DNA of 64,000 nucleotides, from NCBI GenBank assembly GCA_963749495.1, contig CAVVMW010000013.1, forward strand, positions 1 through 64,000, given 5' to 3'. Origin of the DNA: an uncultured bacterium (GTDB lineage: Bacteria; Verrucomicrobiota; Verrucomicrobiia; Limisphaerales; UBA8199). Shown in pieces: positions 60,226-64,000 of this stretch. Below the pieces are notes generated by a model. The model had not been told where the DNA came from. It made no database searches and was given only the letters and a program-made list of their open reading frames with translations. The translations under genes were made by a program, and so were the position numbers. Every line of letters begins with the position of its first letter. Positions within the stretch are counted from its first letter, which is position 1.

Positions 60226-60605
60226 ACCAACCAAACCTATGGTTCACCGCTCCTGGGTCCGGTCCGCGTAAACCTGCCAGGCTTTGATCTTGTTGTTGGC
60301 CACCATGGCCTTCCAAGCGCACCAGAGCTGATTAAGGCCAGTCGGGCCGAGCGTCCTCTCCCCACGCGTCCCACAACCGAACCCGTGGCGCCGCTCCCCA
60401 TGGGCTTTGCCGACGCCCCCCACAGCAAAGGAAACAGAGTCCTTTTTCTGTCGTGCTCACTTTTGTGCTTACTTTTGCAAAATCATCGTCCGGCCCGGAA
60501 AAATGGGGTCGAAAGTGCATTTCGACTCGGTGAACACGGGGTGGAATGAGGTTTCCGGGTGCGCGGAGAGACGCCGTGAAACGCGATGAATACGGCCAAA
60601 ATCGG

Positions 60606-60643
60606 CTTATGAGTCCTCCGCTCTACCCCTGAGCTACTCTGGC
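60606..60643 (-). tRNA. 5' half of a CAU-anticodon tRNA (Met/Ile2), fragment
   Basis: GCCAGAG TA GCTC-AGGGGTA-GAGC G GAGGA CTCATAA; no pairing 3' anticodon strand or T-arm follows. Confidence 0.75.
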
Positions 60644-61012
60644 AACCCCGTGGAAACAGGCGATTCCCGATATTGGACTGGCCAGGTTCGCCTGCAGGCC
60701 GACTTCACCGCCGTGCCCAAGCTCATCGAGAACTGCGGCGATCTGGTTTGCACCGACGCCACCAGCGAAGGCTTGAACCTGCGCACGGCCAGCGCCATTA
60801 TCGATTACGACCAAGCCTCGAAGGCCAGCAAGGTCGAGAAACGTCGCTCCCTACAAGGAAGCGTACGTCACAGCTCCTGGGATCAAACACACACGGGTTC
60901 AGGCCAACAGTTACGGTCCGCTGCAGTCCTTCGCAGCCGCGGCCTTCTTTCCCGATAATAGCTTCCACCGCAATGCGTTAGGCCGCATTCCGGCAATTGG
61001 AACCAAGGCCAA

Positions 61013-61381
61013 ATGAGTCCTTGGTACTGTACAGACCGCTCAAGTTCCAATCGCGTTTGTGCATACTTGCGACTTTGTGCAACACCGACAGGGGAAGTGA
61101 TTAAACTGGTATTGGTGAAACAGCACAACCTAGACCGGATGTGGATGGGGGCGACCGCCTCCGCACGGTGGATCGGCGTGGCCGATGACACCATCGCCCG
61201 CCGCGGAATTCCCTGGCAGGACGATTTTGTTCCACATCGGGTCCGTTATAAGGTCCTCGACCTCGACCCCGGCACGGAGGGCGACCGCCGCTACTACCTC
61301 CCCGACGTGGAGGCGCTTCTGCGCCACCCGGCGCCCCGGGGCGGCGCGGCCAAGATGATTTCAAAGTCCTCCAGCCCATGA
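61013..61381 (+). CDS. Excisionase/MerR-like HTH protein (start uncertain)
   Basis: WMGATASARWIGVADDTIARR...RRYYLPDVEALL; ~120 bp from att-like copy 2. Confidence 0.5.
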   Translation: MSPWYCTDRSSSNRVCAYLRLCATPTGEVIKLVLVKQHNLDRMWMGATASARWIGVADDTIARRGIPWQDDFVPHRVRYKVLDLDPGTEGDRRYYLPDVEALLRHPAPRGGAAKMISKSSSP

Positions 61382-61498
61382 AAAGCGTGGAGCTTGAGTA
61401 GTGGCCGCCGATGGCCTGAATTAACCCGTACCCATGACGCACAGATCCAAAGACAACTGGCAGATTTCAGCGGTTTCTCGCATTCCTTATGGAGCAGA

Positions 61499-61703
61499 AG
61501 TAGTATCCGGCCCGAGGCCAAAATTTACCCTGTTTTTACCCTCCGCATTTATTCCCGCAGTATCCCGCAGGGAGCCGCACTTCAGTTTTTGCTCAGAAAA
61601 CCCGCTGTTTTCCTAAGGAAAACGGGGCTTCTTCTGACTTCGGATCAGAAGGTTGCAGGTTCAAGTCCTGCCGGACGCGCCATTGATAATCAACTACTTA
61701 TGA
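61499..61703 (+). repeat. att-like junction copy 2
   Basis: Direct repeat of 31249-31453. Confidence 0.9.
61633..61682 (+). tRNA. 3' half of tRNA-Arg(UCG) (fragment)
   Basis: TCTGA-CTTCGGA-TCAGA, AGGTT, GCAGG-TTCAAGT-CCTGC, GCCA. Confidence 0.88.
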
Positions 61704-62189
61704 ATTCACCATCAGTTCAGGAATAACCATGCTTGGACACTTCTTGGACGTTTTTTGGGTTCTACAGCCCTTTTTTCGAGGCTCAGCCCATATCCAGAAG
61801 CACTATGCTCGACCTCATGCCGGGCACCAGCGACGGGTTGAGCCAGCGCACGGGTATCCGGCTGGACTGGTCCTGACCGACTATCCAGCGAACGTCGGCA
61901 CGGACCTTTTGGCGCAAAGGACAGCCGAATGCTCTTGTGGTGGGTGCGAACCAAGGTTCGCGTTGCCGCCAGGCCCTGGGGCCGTTCTACGTCGTCAAAA
62001 TTTGACGGCGGCAGATCAGGGTTTGCCCGTGGTCAACGATTTGACCAGAGAACCGGGGCGTGGGTTCTTGACTCTGTCAAAAGGCTGATTCCGAGCAACC
62101 GTTTGCCGACCTGGCAACCTGACGTGCAAAACTGGCCCATTTGACGCGGACGTGCTCGGCAGGAATTGAGCCAACTGGGATTACGGTCG

Positions 62190-62280
62190 TGGTCCGCAGG
62201 CGGCGAACGCGAAGTCAAGAGGGCGCTCCGCAGCACATTGCTCAAGTATCAGCTCCACCGGGAGCAGGAGCTGTGGAGAC
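62190..62280 (+). pseudogene. C-terminal remnant resembling type I restriction subunit R
   Basis: AGGEREVKRALRSTLLKYQLHREQELW resembles HsdR C-termini (recalled, not searched). Confidence 0.5.
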
Positions 62281-62298
62281 CGGCGGTGACGATGAATT

Positions 62299-62420
62299 TC
62301 AACGACATGCTCTCCCCAGCGCCTCCACAATCCAGACCATGCCCTCGGTGTCCTGGCCGCAGTATTCCTCCAACTGGCGGCGAACGCGTTGGCGCTCGGC
62401 CTCTGGGCGATCGGTGAAAT
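62299..62420 (-). pseudogene. C-terminal remnant of DUF2779/RNase H-like protein
   Basis: RRQLEEYCGQDTEGMVWIVEAL (Y-C-x-x-D motif). Confidence 0.45.
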
Positions 62421-62449
62421 GCCGCAGGCAACAACATCGGAGGTCGGCT

Positions 62450-62698
62450 TCACTTGGCTTGAGAGAATCGCGGCTCATTCCAAAGACGGGCTGCGTCGGC
62501 CAGCGTCTGCCCCTCCACGACTTTGCAGCGCTTCTGCGAGCAGGCGATTTGGACAAATCCCGCTTTCTCCTCGACGCCAGCACCCGCGCCGCAGCACTCG
62601 CACGGCTTCAGCGGCTCCCATTCCTTGGCCTCCTCGCGTACGTGGAGCTGCTAGCAGTATGTTGGCCCGACCCGTGCTGCGGGCAAAGTACCGCTCAT
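62450..62698 (-). pseudogene. Lar-like (restriction alleviation) Cys-rich small protein with in-frame TAG
   Basis: Own translation: MSG...YC*QLH...LKPCECCG...IACSQKRC...ADAARLWNEPR; TTGACA-16-CACAAT upstream (62854-62827). Confidence 0.55.
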
Positions 62699-62883
62699 AG
62701 TCGCTTGCGCTATTCATTCAAGAACCTTTCTCGTCTGGGTAATGGATTCAATGAGTCGCGCCTTACGAACTTCCTAAAAGCAGGGATGGCCAACTCCCCT
62801 GTGAATCCTGCGAATCCCAGGGACGCATTGTGCGCCGAAACGGCGCTCTGTCAAGCCGCGTTTCGTCTTCGGGGGCAGGCGGG

Positions 62884-64000
62884 CAGGGCTATTGACAAAG
62901 TCCGGCGGCACGTTTTGGCATCGGCACGGGTGGGTATTTTGAACCCGCCAGCCTCCACGAACGGCGCGCTCACTGAGAAAAAGCGCGTTGCTGGGCTGGT
63001 TTTCGAGGTCGGTGGGGCCATCACGGCAAAGCCGGAGGATGGCCGCTTTGGCGCAAGCAGCCTGCGGTTCTGGTTGAGGCGTTGCTTCTTAGTCTGCGTC
63101 TGTGCTTGAGCCGGTCATGAAGCGGCGGATTAAGCCCCAGGGACGGCGGCAAACCCGGCGCTCAAAATCCCGCTCAGAGAGCTTGCCGCCCCGGTGCGGG
63201 CGGTGAGTTTGGCACAGGAATATGGCCAAGGTGCGAAACAGCGAGAGGTTGCGAGCGGTGTTGGTTTCACGCACTGTGCAGCGGTCTTCGTCTTGAGTGC
63301 GGTCGCGGCGGTGATGCTGGCCATTTTCGATGCTCCAGTGATCGCGGGCCAACTGCTGCAACTCGTCGATCGAGGCCTCCTCCGGCCAGAGGTTGGTGAA
63401 GGGGAACGCCACGTCGTGAGTCTCTTTAACCACCTGGCCCCGCCGCACGAACTGGACGTCGCGCTCGATGCGCAGCAGTTGAGCGGCCCCGGCCAGACCG
63501 AGAGTCGGAGGGTCAACCAGGCAAGACCACACGCGCCGGGTTTCAATCCGACCGTGGCCCTTGTCCACCACACTGAGTTGAGGGGGGAAGGGCGCCGGGC
63601 AGCAGTTGCTCGGCTTTGGCCCGGGCCAGAGGCTGGTTGCCTTTTAAGAAGAGCAAGTAGTCGGCTCCGTTGTTGAAGGTCAGTTGGCGGCAATTGGCTT
63701 TGATGGTATGGGCGGCATCGGCCGTGACTCGCACTCCAGCCAAATCCATCTGGGGCAGATGGGCGGCGACGGCGGCCTCTTCGTTGGTGTCCCGCGGCAC
63801 GGCGATTTGATCGACCAGGCGTTGGTCGGAGGTCATGAAGTTGACCAGCGTCAGGGCCTTGTCGGCCTTGGGCTTTTGCTGCTCGATGGGAATCTCGCAA
63901 GGCTCAGGCGCCGGCAACTCCTGGGCGTTGTCCGCCTTGGGGCGGGCGGGGGCCGGTCGAGCGTTCTTGACGACTTTGCCATCGAAATGCACCGTCTTGA
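62884..64000 (-). mobile_element. ISAs1-family element (partial), transposase split over two frames
   Basis: FDGK, TNE, TADAAHT, LKGNQ in 63543-63992; GHGRIETR, RDHWSIEN..HHRRD...ED in 63089-63571; CAGGGC terminus at 62884. Confidence 0.88.

Noticed and set aside
60650..61000. Short ORFs between the CAU tRNA scar and the Xis-like gene
   Set aside because: No motif I can recognise; left unannotated.
62141..63109. 322-aa plus-strand ORF
   Set aside because: Runs across several unrelated remnants and the IS end; not protein-like.

Overview
GC-rich bacterial DNA. Gene content and protein style suggest a Verrucomicrobiota/PVC-type polysaccharide degrader (inference). A ~55 kb carbohydrate-enzyme tract (about 5-60 kb) encodes GH2, GH3, GH10, GH27, GH43, GH51, GH67, three GH95 modules, a GH127-like enzyme, CE1/CE6/SGNH esterases, sugar transporters, Gfo/Idh/MocA oxidoreductases and an ECF sigma/anti-sigma pair. 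It sits between mobile-element debris: IS4, IS630, ISAs1, a 641-bp transposase-less IS21-type cassette, and Xis-, Lar- and HsdR-like remnants. Main observations: (1) two ~205-bp att-like junctions exactly 30,250 bp apart, each containing the 3' half of a tRNA-Arg(UCG) with compensatory T-stem changes, plus a 5' half of a CAU tRNA; (2) roughly 15-18 apparent deletion junctions that fuse or hollow out genes, some giving in-frame chimeras; (3) Arg/Gly/Phe-rich (RGG/FGG) low-complexity inserts in five unrelated secreted hemicellulases; (4) a four-copy candidate ECF promoter and scattered pieces of a second sigma-factor copy. All family calls come from recognising motifs by eye; no searches were run.
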